A stretch of DNA of 64,000 nt from Plasmodiophora brassicae (GCA_036867785.1 CP145423.1:124001-188000), one strand, 5' to 3'; counted from the stretch's first letter, positions 1 through 12,982 are shown. Notes: a model not told the origin generated them from the letters alone. Translations and numbers: made by a program.

Positions 1-159
1 GTCGGTCCCGAATCTCCAGCGGTACGTCGAGAGCAAACATGACGCGCGAGCCGCGAGGCCATCTCCAGCCAATGGTCGCATAGTCCACGCCCTGCACAGC
101 CACATTGGTAACGATACCTCTTCAGTAGAGAACTTGGAACGGCACGATCACAGGTTTCT

Positions 160-251
160 GGCTGCGTGACCGAGTTGGTTAAGGTGGTAGATTCGAATCC
201 TCGAAACATCTACTGGGCTTGCCCGCGCGCGTTCGAATCGCGTCGAAGCCT
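160..251 (+). tRNA. tRNA-Ser(CGA), intron-containing copy
   Basis: Cloverleaf GGCTGCG...CGAAGCC with a G5:A68 mismatch; D-arm ACCGAGTTGGTTAAGGT; anticodon stem GTAGA/TCTAC with TT-CGA-A; 10-nt insert TCCTCGAAAC (198-207) at the canonical 37/38 position; long variable arm GGGCTTGCCC; T-arm GCGCG-TTCGAAT-CGCGT; downstream T6 Pol III terminator. Confidence 0.9.
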
Positions 252-454
252 ACACTTTTTTGCCCATCGTCTCAAGTCATCGACCATCGTGGGACGACTG
301 ACTGACTTGCGTCGTGTCTTGGAAACCGAATATGGATGGGATATGCGAATCCATCTGAACACGGCTGCAGGGTAGTAGGCATCAGAAGAAGAACTGATCA
401 GACTTGTACCTGATGCTCGCCGTCAAACGCTGCTCTCTCACCCGTAAATGGGCG

Positions 455-489
455 ATCAGATGCAAGCCGAACATCAGATGCAAGCCGAA
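455..489. repeat. Two copies of ATCAGATGCAAGCCGAA (18-bp period) between the tRNA genes
   Basis: Direct repeat at 455-471 and 473-489. Confidence 0.85.
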
Positions 490-568
490 TACAGCGCGCC
501 GCCGCAACGAGGTTTAATAATAAACTTTGATAAAAAACTTTGCAAACCGTCCAAAGTGAGCGTGAGCT

Positions 569-650
569 GGCTTCGTGACCGAGTTGGTTAAGGTGGTAGA
601 TTCGAAATCTACTGGGCTTGCCCGCGCGCGTTCGAATCGCGTCGAAGCCT
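569..650 (+). tRNA. tRNA-Ser(CGA), intronless copy
   Basis: Perfect acceptor stem GGCTTCG/CGAAGCC, anticodon loop TTCGAAA, long variable arm, TTCGAAT T-loop, followed by an oligo-T terminator. Confidence 0.95.
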
Positions 651-993
651 TTGTTTTTTTGCTATTGATACAATGCTTCTCCGCTAAAAAAAACGATCGC
701 CAACATCTGATGATGGGCACCCCCTCGGGTCGTAGGCCACTTTGGGCGGCGGCGACGATGTACGTTTTTCCCGATCCGTGTCATTGCTCTGACGAAAGTG
801 GGGCAACTACATGGTCCTTGACGAAATGTGAAGAGATGGAGGACAAGTAAGGCTACCAGATGCCCGGGTCACTTGGGTCCAACTGGACTGTGGGTTCCTC
901 GGGGAATGCTTCACATCACGCTGGCATACGGACGGTGGGCGGCATGGTTTATTCGGATCGTCCAGATAGAAACCCACATAGCCGCCGTTACAA

Positions 994-1598
994 TTACGCC
1001 CAGTGGCCGCTGCACACAAATCTCATCAGAAAGGGAGCTGACCGTCGTCCAGTGCCTCACGTACTGATGCCCATCGGTGGCGCCTTCGTAATGGTGGTCG
1101 CTGTTGGCAGCCAGTCAGATATGCATACACAACGTGGGCCACGTTACTTTGCACGTACTGTTCACCATCGGCGTCGTCGTGATATTCATGTTCGTGATCC
1201 TCCTCCTCGTCATCCTCCTCGCCCTGCCATCAGTGTGGTCAGTCTCTTTCACCATATACATGCCGTGCCGGCCACACTTACATCGTGATGGTAGCCGTGA
1301 GAGTGCGCGTCGCCTATCCAGAACCAGGACGATCAGAGTCACATTGCCACATTCACGCAGCAACGCAACGAACCGTGGTGATGGCGGTCGTGCTCCGCCC
1401 ACTCATCGCCGTGCACGTCTCGACTGCGAAACGCGTCACTTACCCGCATATAGACTGCGCCCTAAGATTCACTTACTGGTCGATATGGCCGTCACCGTGG
1501 AACACCTTCAGGCGCGTGTCGTCGGCGTCGACCCCGTTGAGGAACATCATGAGTACGAGGGCGATAGCCAGGAGCAACCCAAATGGGGACGACAACAT
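994..1598 (-). CDS. Small secreted His/Asp/Glu-rich protein A (~106 aa, 6 exons)
   Basis: Manual splicing of 5 GT-AG introns gives MLSSPFGLLLAIALVLMMFLNGVDA|DDTRLKVFHGDGHIDHRDVHGDEWAEHDRHHHGDAHSHGYHHDGEEDDEEEDHEHEYHDDADGEHDHHYEGATDGHHGHWA*. The model is supported by a colinear paralog at 2074-2607. Confidence 0.85.
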
Positions 1599-2073
1599 TT
1601 CGGGATTTTCGTGAATGGCCACCGCATTGCAAGCGCAGCTCGCCACGATCCGACCTCAACGGTGTGTCACGGCGCATGACATCACGCCTCGACCAGTAGC
1701 CAGTTTGTAATGGTCTTCAGTGCTTCTGCAATGCCGAAAGCGGCTTGAAGTCATTGCATTCTTTTCTGGCCAAGGTACTTCTAAGACGATGTATAGACTA
1801 CGCCAGCCCTAGCGCGCGCGCGTTGGACAGCGGTGTACGTAGCTGGGCAGCTTCGTGTGCCCCCACCTTGGTAATGCGTAGTACACTAGTAAAGGTTTAT
1901 GCAGGCGGCCTGCCGAGTTCTCCGACCACGATCGACACGTCACTGCGCGTGACTCAACTGGGCTCAGTCGGCATCGTTGATATGTCGAAGATGTCTACCG
2001 TCAGAGGCATTTCCTTCATATATTTAGCACAGACGCAGCACCGTTCGAAATCATAAGATTCATCGGTTGGCCC

Positions 2074-2607
2074 ATGCGTGCACTATCAGTTGTTTTCACA
2101 GTCGCCTTGTTCGTGGTCGGCATGCTTGCTCCTGTTGAGGCCGGCGACACTCGGATGAAAGTCTTCCACGGCGATGGCCATATTGATCAGTACGTCGACG
2201 CGTAATTGCCCACTTCTCTTTCCTAACAGCAGCCGTAGCCGCGACGTTCATGGTGACGACTGGGCTGAACACGACCGTCACCATTACGGCCATGCAACAT
2301 CTGAAGGATTCCACCATGACGTAAGTTACCCCTCACGTTGGATGATGCCGTCCGGCTAACGTACCGTGCTCGCAGGGTGAGGACAACGACGACGCGGAAG
2401 ACCACGACCACGAATATCACGACGACGCAGAAGGAGAACAGTACGTATCCTCCGACTTCTAGCGGTCATCGGAATCTAACATGCGTGAACCACAGTGATC
2501 ACCACTACGAGGGCGCCACCGACGGCCACCAGTAGGTTTCACTGCCAACTTGAATGCCATTGCACGATTAAGTGACGGTTGTTAATGACAGCGGGCATTG
2601 GGCGTGA
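2074..2607 (+). CDS. Small secreted His/Asp/Glu-rich protein B (~104 aa, 5 exons)
   Basis: Manual splicing gives MRALSVVFTVALFVVGMLAPVEA|GDTRMKVFHGDGHIDHRDVHGDDWAEHDRHHYGHATSEGFHHDGEDNDDAEDHDHEYHDDAEGEHDHHYEGATDGHHGHWA*. Four intron positions are shared with paralog A. Confidence 0.85.
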
Positions 2608-2733
2608 GTTGACCTGCGAAGTCCATTTGGACGCGGTAGTATTCTATTAATACAGCTGCCTGATGAGTGGTGACTGGTGAGCCTAGACGAGATGACCCCG
2701 ACGTTTCGTGCTTCGTCTATACAAATGGGATAT

Positions 2734-5700
2734 TTATACATTTAAGGGCAGGTCGGGAAGCGACTCGGAGGTGGAATTAGTAACTGCTCCCAGCCTCGCC
2801 AATGCCACAATCGGTTGCCTTCTCAGGATGTCGATTGCAGAGCCGAGACCTGTTCGGTCCCAGCCACGCAGGAGTTCGCCGAGAAGACGATCGCCATCGT
2901 TCGACAGCCCATGCCGGTCCAGCCGCAGTCCTCGATTCGTCATATCGAACTGGCAGCGGAGGACACATCTTGCGGATCGCTCAGCAGGAACATTCTAGCA
3001 ACGGGACAATGTCAAACCTGATTCGCGTAACCATCTGCAGAAGCAAACAGACCTGCTGGATGAACTGCAGCTGAATTGTGAGAACGTTCTCGTTCTCCGG
3101 TTCCGTTGTCAACGGTATACCGTGCAAGATGATATCGGCTCGAAGAACATCAGGAACCGAATCATGAATGGTGACGAGTGCGCTCGCAATTTCGTCCAGC
3201 GCTCGCCTCGTGCTGACAAGTCGACAGAACTGGGTAACGCGTACTAGGTTGGCGACTGTGTACGGTGGGGCCAGCATGTTGTCGAAATACGCCTGAAGGG
3301 ACGACTGTCCGAAGCCATCAGGCAACCGGACAGAAAGCCGGCCCGAGTCGGCATCGCCTTCGCCGGCTCCAGACAGCTTGACGATACCAACAGCTGAGGA
3401 TGGTCGTTGCTTAACGAATTCGTCAAATGCCACATTCTCCTGCTGCCTGTGTGTCGAAACAACCGTCGAATGTGAGCAAGCATCCCATTCAGATCCTGCA
3501 CTGGCTAGCTACCTAATGCATTTTCGGTGCCAGTTGCGAAGTGCCCACAGAATACCGTCCCGGTCATGAACAGTGAGCGAAGGAGCCGAACTGGGTAAAA
3601 ATTCCAGCAGGATTTGATTGTCTGTGACCACGATACCGTCAATTAGTGTAGTGGAAAAGGAATCGCTTGATAGCCTACCTTTGATGATGCGCATGTCGAT
3701 CCAGTGCTGTGGCATCATTTTCGTGTTTCGAAACACGATGCGAAGACAGGTGGCGGACTCAGGGACAATGTCGACATGCGGCAGTGCGTTCGCCATCGCC
3801 TGCGTCTGCTGGGCTTGCACTTCGTCAATCTACACAAACGTTATACATTCCGCACCGGTATACCCACCTGCCCACGTACCCAATCAAGAGCTGCGTTTAC
3901 TGCAACCCAGCATTGATGGACAGTGGCCAGAACCCTCATCAGGCCGCTGCTATCGGTATTCAGGATATTCTGCAAATGCAAACTGAAAAAGGTACTCAGC
4001 CAACGCAACGATCGTTCACAGAGCGCAGACAGTCACGAACGTTTGGGGGAACTGCCTTGGCAGAACATGAAGGCCGAACCGCATGGTATGATCCGGAGCA
4101 GGTATAACGACAATGCGAACGGAGATTGTTGCCCCAGTTGCCGGATCGTCCCACCGAATGACGAGACTGTCACAGTGTAAGGAACATATGATGAGCCCTT
4201 TCAGTGCGGCATGATCCGATCCTGCAGGTGACGCTTAGTAAACGCGGGCACTTCATTCTGGGCACAAAGGTTCCTTACGCGTCTCTAGTAGAGACAGCAA
4301 TGACGCGGCCAAGCTCACAAGAGCAACGAATGCAGATAGCTCGACGCGGAAAGTGTCGAAAACGTCGGCAAGCGGGCCCCTCTCGCCAATGACGTACGAA
4401 AACGCGACCGACTGCCTGTCTGCATTGCATACCATACCTGTGGTATTGAGGATTAGGAGCCGATTCGAGCCAGCTTGCGAATAGAGTTACCGGTCCTGTT
4501 CGTGACCTGACGGAGTGCAGGGATGGCTCGATCACCCAGCGCAGACAAATCCACCCTAGCTGACATCGACACGCCCTCACACGACAGCGTTGCCGGGAAA
4601 GCGCGCGGGCACGACTGCATCCGAAGAATAGCCACACGAACAGACAGAGTTCCCGCGCCGAGCTTTACAACTGGCATCGGCGACCTAGCGAAGCAGGTCA
4701 GGGCAATTCCCACGATACGTTGCAGGTCAGTACTAACAGGTGCATAGCCAATGTCCCCATGATGACGTGCTTTTGAGCCGCTGTGGCTATTGCCCGGATG
4801 GCGTCGACAGTTAGGCAGCTCAGAAGATGGTCGGCAGCCTGCCCTAGGGATGTGCCCTTCGACGTATCCAGTGGTGCAGATCCGACGATGGCATGAAAGT
4901 CAAGGCTGTCTGCTCGAGAGCTATCCCTTCGGGACACTTGGAGGGAAACATTGAACCCATCTTTGAGCTCAATGACAAGCTGGCTGATCGCGAACTCTGA
5001 CAAGCGTACCGACACAGCATGACTCGCCTGGTTTCCGGCAATGTGACGCCGATAGCAGTCATACCCGATAGCTCTGGAACCACATTCGTCAGTCCGCATG
5101 CGATCAAGCAGTGCACGAATCTGAGGACCTCAACAGCACAATTATGTGCTCGATAACGGCGTTGAAAGCAATGTTGGCAATAATGTGGTGCGATTTCAAC
5201 GGCGATCGGTTCAAATGATCGGACATCAATCGCAAGAACCGATCCCAGAATGGCGAATGGAACTGCTGTAGACGCAGACCAAACCGACCGGTATTCCGAC
5301 AAACTGAAACCCGAACGGTTACACCGTCAGGAAATGCAATAGAGCCCTGAGCCACGTTCATTTAGAAACACGGATCCGGGCAAGAACCAAGACCGACGAA
5401 CCGTGGAAAAGATTTTAACCATCAAGGACGACTGTTCAAGGTCAAGCGATGCCCAGCAGATCACAGCCGAAGCAGCATCGTTCAGGTAACCACACAGATC
5501 GGCGAGACGAAAGCGGATGCTCGTTGATATGGCCTTATCGAGCAAGGTAGAGAGCTGTGTGCGCGAGACGGCAATCCCCACCATGGAGCAATCGAACGGC
5601 GGCGAGTGTGTAACCGACAATGGCGCGAGCGTGATACGCAGGACATTCCCAGTTGACCGCTGGCCTGGGACCGATTGCACGCTGTATGATCATGTTGGCA

Positions 5701-6801
5701 TGATTTCAACAGGCATGCCGCCGACTGTACGTACCTCGACAGATGGCCTGGTGCAGGCACATCGCCAATGCCTTTCGACCAGTACCGAATGTCAAGGGAC
5801 GCTCGGTCGTCGTCAACAGCAACAACAGTATCGGGACGCGTTTTCGCAATTCCCTCGGCCATCTGTACGTTCCGGGGTTGAACAACCCAGCAAGTGACCC
5901 GCGAAAGGTTGCAGACGAACCTCTTTCAACGACAACAGTTGCGCTCTCGCCCGGAACCGACGTATAACGTCGCACAGCACGTTGAGCTGCCCGCGCTCCG
6001 AACGTTTGTCGTCACCAGTATCGGCGCGCAGCTCTTGGTTGCACTGATCGATGAGGTGCCTGTCGGCCACTTTGCCGCCGACATCCACACTGTCGACGTA
6101 CCAATGCACGGCACTGTGCACACATAGCAGCGTCAGTCCCACACAGGTCCATCCCATACCGGGAACAACGGAACTAACGGCGCCGGTTGCATCCGTAATC
6201 GGAGCGTCAGGGCAACCCTGAAGGCGCCGTCGACTTTGAATCTGGCAACGCCATTGCTGACGCCGAGACATGTCATTCTCGACGGCACCGGTTCGCAGGC
6301 CAATCGTTGACGAACAAGGGAGGTCAACCGTTGGGTAACCGTGGGCGACGGTCCTGTAGAGACGGGGCGGCGCTCTTCAAACAAGCCGTTCAGCGCCGGG
6401 AACCATTTGTACCCCAATGTGCTGTACAGATGGACGGCACAGGGCACGTCCCACATTGGATACAGGGCATGGTCGACGCGTAGCGTGAACGGGCGCAGCA
6501 GCAGGGAGTACCGCCGGAACACGCCGTCGTTCGCACTGATGAACGATTTCAGGCTGTTCAGGGCGTGCAGCGGTTCGACGGATCGCAGCAGCCATTTCGC
6601 AACGATCAGCAGGCGCACGAACCGCTGCCGGGCGACCCACAGGAACCGGTGCAGCGTCGCCCGGTCGACCCGGCCGCCCGCCAGCAGCGCGCGGAACTCG
6701 CCCCGCGTGCACGCCGCCAGCGCCGCCAGCAGGTCGGCCAGGCGCACGCTGTCGGGCGCGACCCGCCGCTGCGCCCGACGACGGGGCACGGCGCGCGGCA
6801 T
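2734..6801 (-). CDS. MED14: Mediator subunit 14 (multi-exon)
   Basis: N-terminal RFLWVARQRFVRLLIVAKW and PMWDVPCAVHLYSTLGY resemble the Med14/Rgr1 N-terminal domain. A chain of minus-strand exons runs to a stop at 2734. Confidence 0.75.
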
Positions 6802-7190
6802 GCTGCAGCTGCTGACGCGCGACGCCCCCAGCCCGATAATAAACGCCGGGCCTGCCTCCCGCCAACGTCACGCCCCCGGCCCCCCACCCACCCCGGGCAC
6901 AAACCGACTCTGACTGCACCCGCGCCCTGCGCAGTCTGCGCCCGTCTGCCTCCTCTGCGGGCCCCCTGGCCAAGGGGCGTCGTCTGGGGCTGCGAACGTA
7001 TCGATACCCTATACATAGGTTGCATAGAGGCAGCGGCCCGACCTTGTCTGTCCTGATTTCGACAGGTCGAGCCAGGCGTCTGGCAAACGACCGACCTGAA
7101 GCAGGTCGGGGTGCGATCGAGACGGTACCGTGTACATGGTATATATCGGTGTTGGCTGTGTGACGGGATTAACGAGCGTCGTCGTTGGGG

Positions 7191-8942
7191 ATGTCGTCGA
7201 AGAAGGGGAAGAAGGGCAAGAAGGCGAAGGAGCCGGAGGAGAAGGCAGCCCCGGACCAGTACGACATGATGGATAGCGATCAGCTCAAGATGGCCATCGT
7301 CGAGATGACGGCTAGGCTGAAGGAATTCAAGAACCAGCGCATCAGCTTCCAGATCGAACGGGTAACGATACGCATTGCGAGCCGAGGTCGGGGACGCCCC
7401 TCCTGACCTGCCTGAACCGTCAGGACCAAGTCCAGCAGTTCCTGGACATTGCCCATGACGAAGTCAAGCTGAAGGAGGCCGCATTGGAAAACATTGAGAG
7501 CGAGATGGAGAAGAAGCAGGAAATGCACCTAAATGACATCCGGTGGTACATGTCGAAAGTGACGCACCTGGAGCTTGATCATCAGAACAGTCTGAACCTC
7601 GTACGGTGCGCGTATGCCCTTCTCGGCGGGCCTCCAGCTGACCTGTCTGTGCAGATCGAGCAAGAGAGCGAAACGACGAGGAAGAACGAGGCGGAACGGA
7701 GCGATGGACGCCGAGCCCAACTTCGGGCGCAGCATGATGAGCTGGTCGCAAAGATCAACGAGGAAGGCGTCGCGCACGAGCAGGCCATACGCAGCCTGCT
7801 GGGCCTGCAACAGAAAGAGATCCGGAAGCTAAACCAGGAATTCGAGAAACAGTCGAACCAGTTGGCCAATCGGTACCAGGCGAAACTGGCTCAGCTCAGC
7901 GCCGACCTTGACCTGCAGCGCAAGGTGACCAATACCGTTGCCCGGGCTCAAGCACTGGAACTTACTCGTGCTGTCAGATGGAGATCCACGAGATCGAAGA
8001 GCGCATGAACACGCACATCAATGACCTCATGCAGAACCACGAGAAGTCGTTCAACGAGATGCGCGATTATTATAATTCGATCACGCGCGACAATCTCGCG
8101 TTGATCAACTCGTTGAAGGATGAACTCGGCGAGCTGAAATCGAAGGCGATCATCAATGAGCGGACCATTGAGGAGATTGGCCACGAGAACAGGTACGTTG
8201 GCCGACCCGATGGACGATCCGCGCGCTGACAGTGGTCGACCATAGGAAGCTGAGCGAACCGCTGACGCAAACGCAGAACGAACTGAAAGACCTGAAGGCC
8301 AAGCTGGCCAGCTATCACAAGGAGAAGCACTCGTTAAAGCTGGCCAAGATTCGGGCGGCGCAACTAGATGCACAACTTAAACGAGAGACCGCACAGGTGG
8401 GCACCGAGGTCGGCGCTGGGCATCGTCACAGGTACTGACGAAGTCCCGTTAGATGGAGGTTCTGACGAGCAGCGTCAACGAGATCCAGAACGATCGCGAT
8501 CGTCTGTACGCGCAGTTCGAATCGATCATTAGCAGTGTCCAGACGAAAGCCGTCGACAAGAGCAGTGCATTGGAGAAACAGCTGGACAAATTCATTGAGC
8601 GGTAACCTTGTCGAAGCCAGCACCGTAATCGCGTGACGTGCCCTGATCGTTGACACCAGGTTTACGAGGAAATCGAACCAGTTCAATGAAGTCGTATCGG
8701 CAGCCAACCTGGACAACAAGGTTGTCGGTGAGCTGACGAACAAGCTCGACGCCGTGCTGGATTCGAAGAACGCGCAGATCAAGCAGCTCGCGCTCCAGAT
8801 CGCTCAAGCCACGAAGGCGCACGACAACCTGGTTCGAATCTACAACGCCAAGCTGCCCGAGCTCGGCATCCCGGTCAAAGGCATTGATATCGCGCTGCTC
8901 GGTGAACCGCAGCGACCTGGGGAGCAGACGATCGAACCATAA
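7191..8942 (+). CDS. GAS8: Dynein regulatory complex subunit 4 / GAS8 (trypanin)
   Basis: Lys-rich start followed by coiled coil; RISFQIERD and NHEKSFNEMRDYYNSITRDNLALINSLK match the GAS8 family; multiple short introns. Confidence 0.9.
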
Positions 8943-8972
8943 ACAGCACGTCCAATGTATATTTACGATACG

Positions 8973-10603
8973 TTAACTGGCCTTCGGCGGCGCAATCCCT
9001 TTGGTGTGGATGAAGACTCTTGAGTGACCGCTCAGCTGTACTCGCTTCATGAAGCCTTCGACGTACTGAATCTGCACATTCAACGGCAGCCGTAGAGCGG
9101 CGCCTTGGACGATTTGCGTTACACGTCCCACTTCCGTTGCAGACCTTGCCAAAGCCAGTTGGCGGTCAGCGTTACAGCCCTGATGGTGACCACTACGTCG
9201 ACGTACAGAGGTTTCAAGCTCCCGGGATAGTAGATATGAGATGCTTCAGGAAAGCACTGCTTGCAATACCATGGCGGTTGCGGTAGCAGATCGGGAAGCC
9301 GCTGCACCGAATGGGAGTAAGATACGGTCAGCCGCAGACAGCAAACGAGACAAACAGTGATGCAGGATATGTGCGCCATTCGAGAGCAACCGTCGCAGGT
9401 CAGCTGATGGGGGTGGCTGGGAGGAACTTTGCTAGAGCATGGGTCGCATGCAAGGCCAGCCTGTAGCAACTGCTAAACAACCTATCTGCACAGGATACAC
9501 GGCCAGCACGTACCAGGTTGGTCTTGCGAGTCACGTACATCTGAGCAAGGTCCCCAATAAATTGAGGTGGAGGTCGCCGCTGAGGTTGCTGCTGCTGCTG
9601 TTGCTGGTGCTGCTGGCGTTGCGGTTGTGACTGTGAAGGGAGTCGCGCAGGCTGTGTCCCCGCTGCCGGTACCTTTCGTGCTGAGTTACACATGAAACCA
9701 GTGAGATGTGAGATGATCCATATAGTGAAGCACGCGTATGTACATTGCGGCTGTTGCGCCTGCTGTTGCTGATGTTGTTGGACAATTCGTTGCGCGATAG
9801 AATTTCCAGCAGCTTCTGTGGTCAGAATCACACGGACGCGTGCCGCAGCATTCTCGGCGATTCTTACCGGACGTACTCTTGGGGCATCGGCAATGACTTT
9901 GGCAACTCAAACAATTCCTGCACCGTTGAGCGATTCGGCATAGGCAGACACTGGATCCTCTTTGCTTCGCCATGAGCGCTGTGTGCAGAACGACAATGTC
10001 GGCCTGTACCAAGCCCGGCTATTACTATGGAGCAACATGGACAACCGATAGCGGAGGGTCACCTGCGTTCCTTTCGACGAATATTCACTGATAAACGCTT
10101 CAAAATCGCGCAATTCTGCATTGGTGTCCTGGAGATCCCTCTGCTCAGTATCCACATCTCGAGACGACACGAAGAGGACACGACTACCCGAGCACGATTC
10201 CCGTTCGGCGATGCCTGCTTCTCAGAAACGGCGTGATCTCCGGCAATCATGGTTGGACTTCGGGCAGGTGCCGCAGCAGCATGAATATTCGTAGGCGTCA
10301 TCAGCCTATTATTGTTCGGCACAGGTCTCGGTTGGCTCGGAAATGCTGGACGGAGAGGGGAAAGCCGCTGAGTGGGATGATACAACAGACGCGAACGAGA
10401 GCCGTACGAGGTTGAGGAGTTGTCGGCATTGGTGGCGTAGACGTGGTTGACTGCGTGTGCCTCTACGATCGAATATGAATCATGTGGTGAATGCAACGAG
10501 GGTCGGCGCTCACCGGTGCGGACGACATCGGCTCCTCGTCGGAATCCTCGAAGTAGTCCGGCGTGACCGGCTCGATCTCCATGAACCCATCCGTGAACGA
10601 CAT
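8973..10603 (-). CDS. PHD-finger protein with Gln-rich region
   Basis: CDPC...CDGCSRMAHISC...WYCKQC fits the C4HC3 PHD pattern; polyQ tracts; spliced. Confidence 0.7.
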
Positions 10604-10796
10604 GTCGGGACGAGCGGACGGTGCCAGAAGCGGAGACACGCCCGCCGGCCAGCCTGCCCCGAGCCGCCCAGGTTTGGAGCCCGATCCCCGAACACCTCAG
10701 ACGTCGGTGCACTTCTCACTGGACGTTATAAATAGCGACCCAGCCAAATGGTCGGCAAAAAAGAACACGGGGGCGGTGTGCGCACGTCGTCGGGGA

Positions 10797-10916
10797 ATGC
10801 GGGAATGGTACGCCTGGACTAAACTGTTGTTTAAGAACAATCCCGATTTTAAAAACATTGCCCTAGGAGCAATTGTTGCCGTAACCATACATTGGCTCTA
10901 TGACGTGTGGGGGTAA
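10797..10916 (+). CDS. Possible 39-aa single-TM microprotein
   Basis: MREWYAWTKLLFKNNPDFKNIALGAIVAVTIHWLYDVWG*, about 65 nt downstream of a TATAAATA; no homology recognised. Confidence 0.25.
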   Translation: MREWYAWTKLLFKNNPDFKNIALGAIVAVTIHWLYDVWG

Positions 10917-11425
10917 ATACGAACGGAACAGCATTGGACCGCGGATGCGACTCTGCGTTGAAAATTGTCTCGAGAGTCGAGAGGCACTCCTGATCCCCTA
11001 TAAGAACGGAACTCGTCTAGAAAGAATACAATGGCTACCTTCCAGCTTCTCATCGAAATCTGCATAGCCTTGGGCACGAGGGCACGTGAGTTAACAGATC
11101 CGTGCTCTCCACAACGATGCAGACTGCGAACGCCTGTCCGGCGTATCTGCTCAGCCGGACATTCGACACGGGAACGAGTGTAGACGTTCACGTGTTTTAT
11201 CGTCAAGTTCGTTGCCAAACTCTTTCAGCACGACTGTAGAACTCCTCCGGTGACGTCGCCATCGGGTTTCGCAAGTCGCCGAATCTCGTGTTTTATCTGC
11301 TGTCTGCGGCTGCATGCCGGGTGAGACGTGCCGGGATTGCTTTCGACGTAATCTATCCTTCTGTGTCGGAAACGAGCAATATCAGAGGCGAAACGAGAAA
11401 CGGTGCCCCCGCCGCGGGCATCCCG

Positions 11426-12982
11426 TCATTTACTGGATCGTTTGATCTCCTTCTTGGCTGCTTGAGCGGCAGATTTCATCGATGCACACTCCGTCCGGTG
11501 CGCTTTCTTCCAGTGAGCTGCCTGGCAGGAAGGACCGCAGTACCTTACGACCCTACATTCCACGTTGCGTCAAACCGAGTTCGAACGATGACGATTAGGC
11601 ATGCTTTACCTGCACGACGCGCACAGCTTTGGCGGCCGCGGTTGCCCACAACTGGCGCACAGAGATAGGTCTTTGGGATCCTTGACTCGGTTCACCGTTT
11701 CGTGCATAAACGAATTCACGAGACCAGAGTCGCCGCAGTTCGATACAACGTCGGCTTGCCCGGGACGTCCTCGACGGTGAAACTGGGCCGCTGGGTGAAG
11801 GCTGTGCTCGACCACTTTCGAGCCGTTCATCGCGCTGATCGGGGACGCCAGCGCTTCCTCGAGGACGCGTTGAGCACGCCTTACGTCAAACTCGAAGGGG
11901 TCGAATATTCCTTTGCAGTTCTGGGCCTTGGACGCCTGACGAAGGTTCTTCTCTGCCTGCCTTGGGTTGCGCTCGAGCAGATCCAGCAGACCCTGGTACC
12001 CGTCGTTCCCGGCATGGTCGACAGTTCCATTGGAGTCTTCCGGCGGGCAGCGCATCGCACCATCGAGAACAGCACACTTGCCCGGCCTGTCGGTGACCTC
12101 GATTACCTTAATCCAATGACGCCAACGATCGCCGAGGTCGTATTCGTAGCCGAGCGTGTCACCTGGCTGGCGAAGCAGCTGGCCAACCTGAACCGCAGCG
12201 GCGTCGATTGCCGCGTGTCCCATCAGAGGCATGTGCATGAGATCGATGAATGAGCACGACGGTCCAGGCCCAAACTGGCTGAAATCTCGGGGGTCCCGGA
12301 AGAGGAAGCCGTGGTAGTTGCGCGACCAGCCCATGATCGGGGACAGAATCTTATCCTGGAAAACCAGCAATGGAATGTTCGCGGCGCATCGAAAGCGTCG
12401 CCAGACCCGCGGGCGGATTTCGTCAAGTTCGACCTCCAGTATCAGGTCGACGTCCGGGGATGGCCCCAGGCTGTTCAACTTCTTCTTCATCAGCCCCTCG
12501 ATAAACTGGGTCTCCGGGTCCTTTTCGTACTCGGTGCCCGGCCGATACTGTGAACGCAGACCCGAATCAGCAGCGCAGATCGATGCCAGCAGATCGCTTA
12601 CCAGAGTCTGCGTCGACATCCGACGCATCATTGCCGTCAGTGGATTGGCCGGCTCGATGCCCCAGGCCCCATCCCAGAAGTTGTCCATGTCCAGGTCAGG
12701 CACAAACTCGTCCGGATCACAGAGATAGATGTCGGGAACGCTCCTGTCACTCGGGTGGACCTTGACATGAGAGCTGCGTGCCACGCCAGTTGACGGCCGC
12801 GACGTTGCCGGCCTCGACGACAGGCCAACCACACGATCAACGTTCAGACGGGATCCCGACCTAGATTCCGGATCGTGTTCGCTGGCGTTGTGATCGGAAC
12901 AGCAGCATCCGTCGTCATCGCATTCACTGGCACTGCTACTGCTGACCTCGAGGTGGTCCCAGCGGCTGTAGTCGATCGGCAT
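11426..12982 (-). CDS. pRiA4b ORF3-like domain + MYND zinc finger protein
   Basis: PRVWRRF...MGWSRNYH...YEYDLGDRWRHWI...CPPED is the pRiA4b ORF3-like pattern. C-terminal CASC...CASCR|VVRYCGPSCQAAHWKKAHRTEC is a MYND finger split by one intron. Confidence 0.8.

Noticed and set aside
166-850. ORFs 166-375 and 575-850 with identical N-termini (MTELVKVVDS)
   Set aside because: They are translations of the two tRNA genes.
9560-9780. CAG/CAA triplet runs
   Set aside because: Ordinary polyQ-coding tracts.
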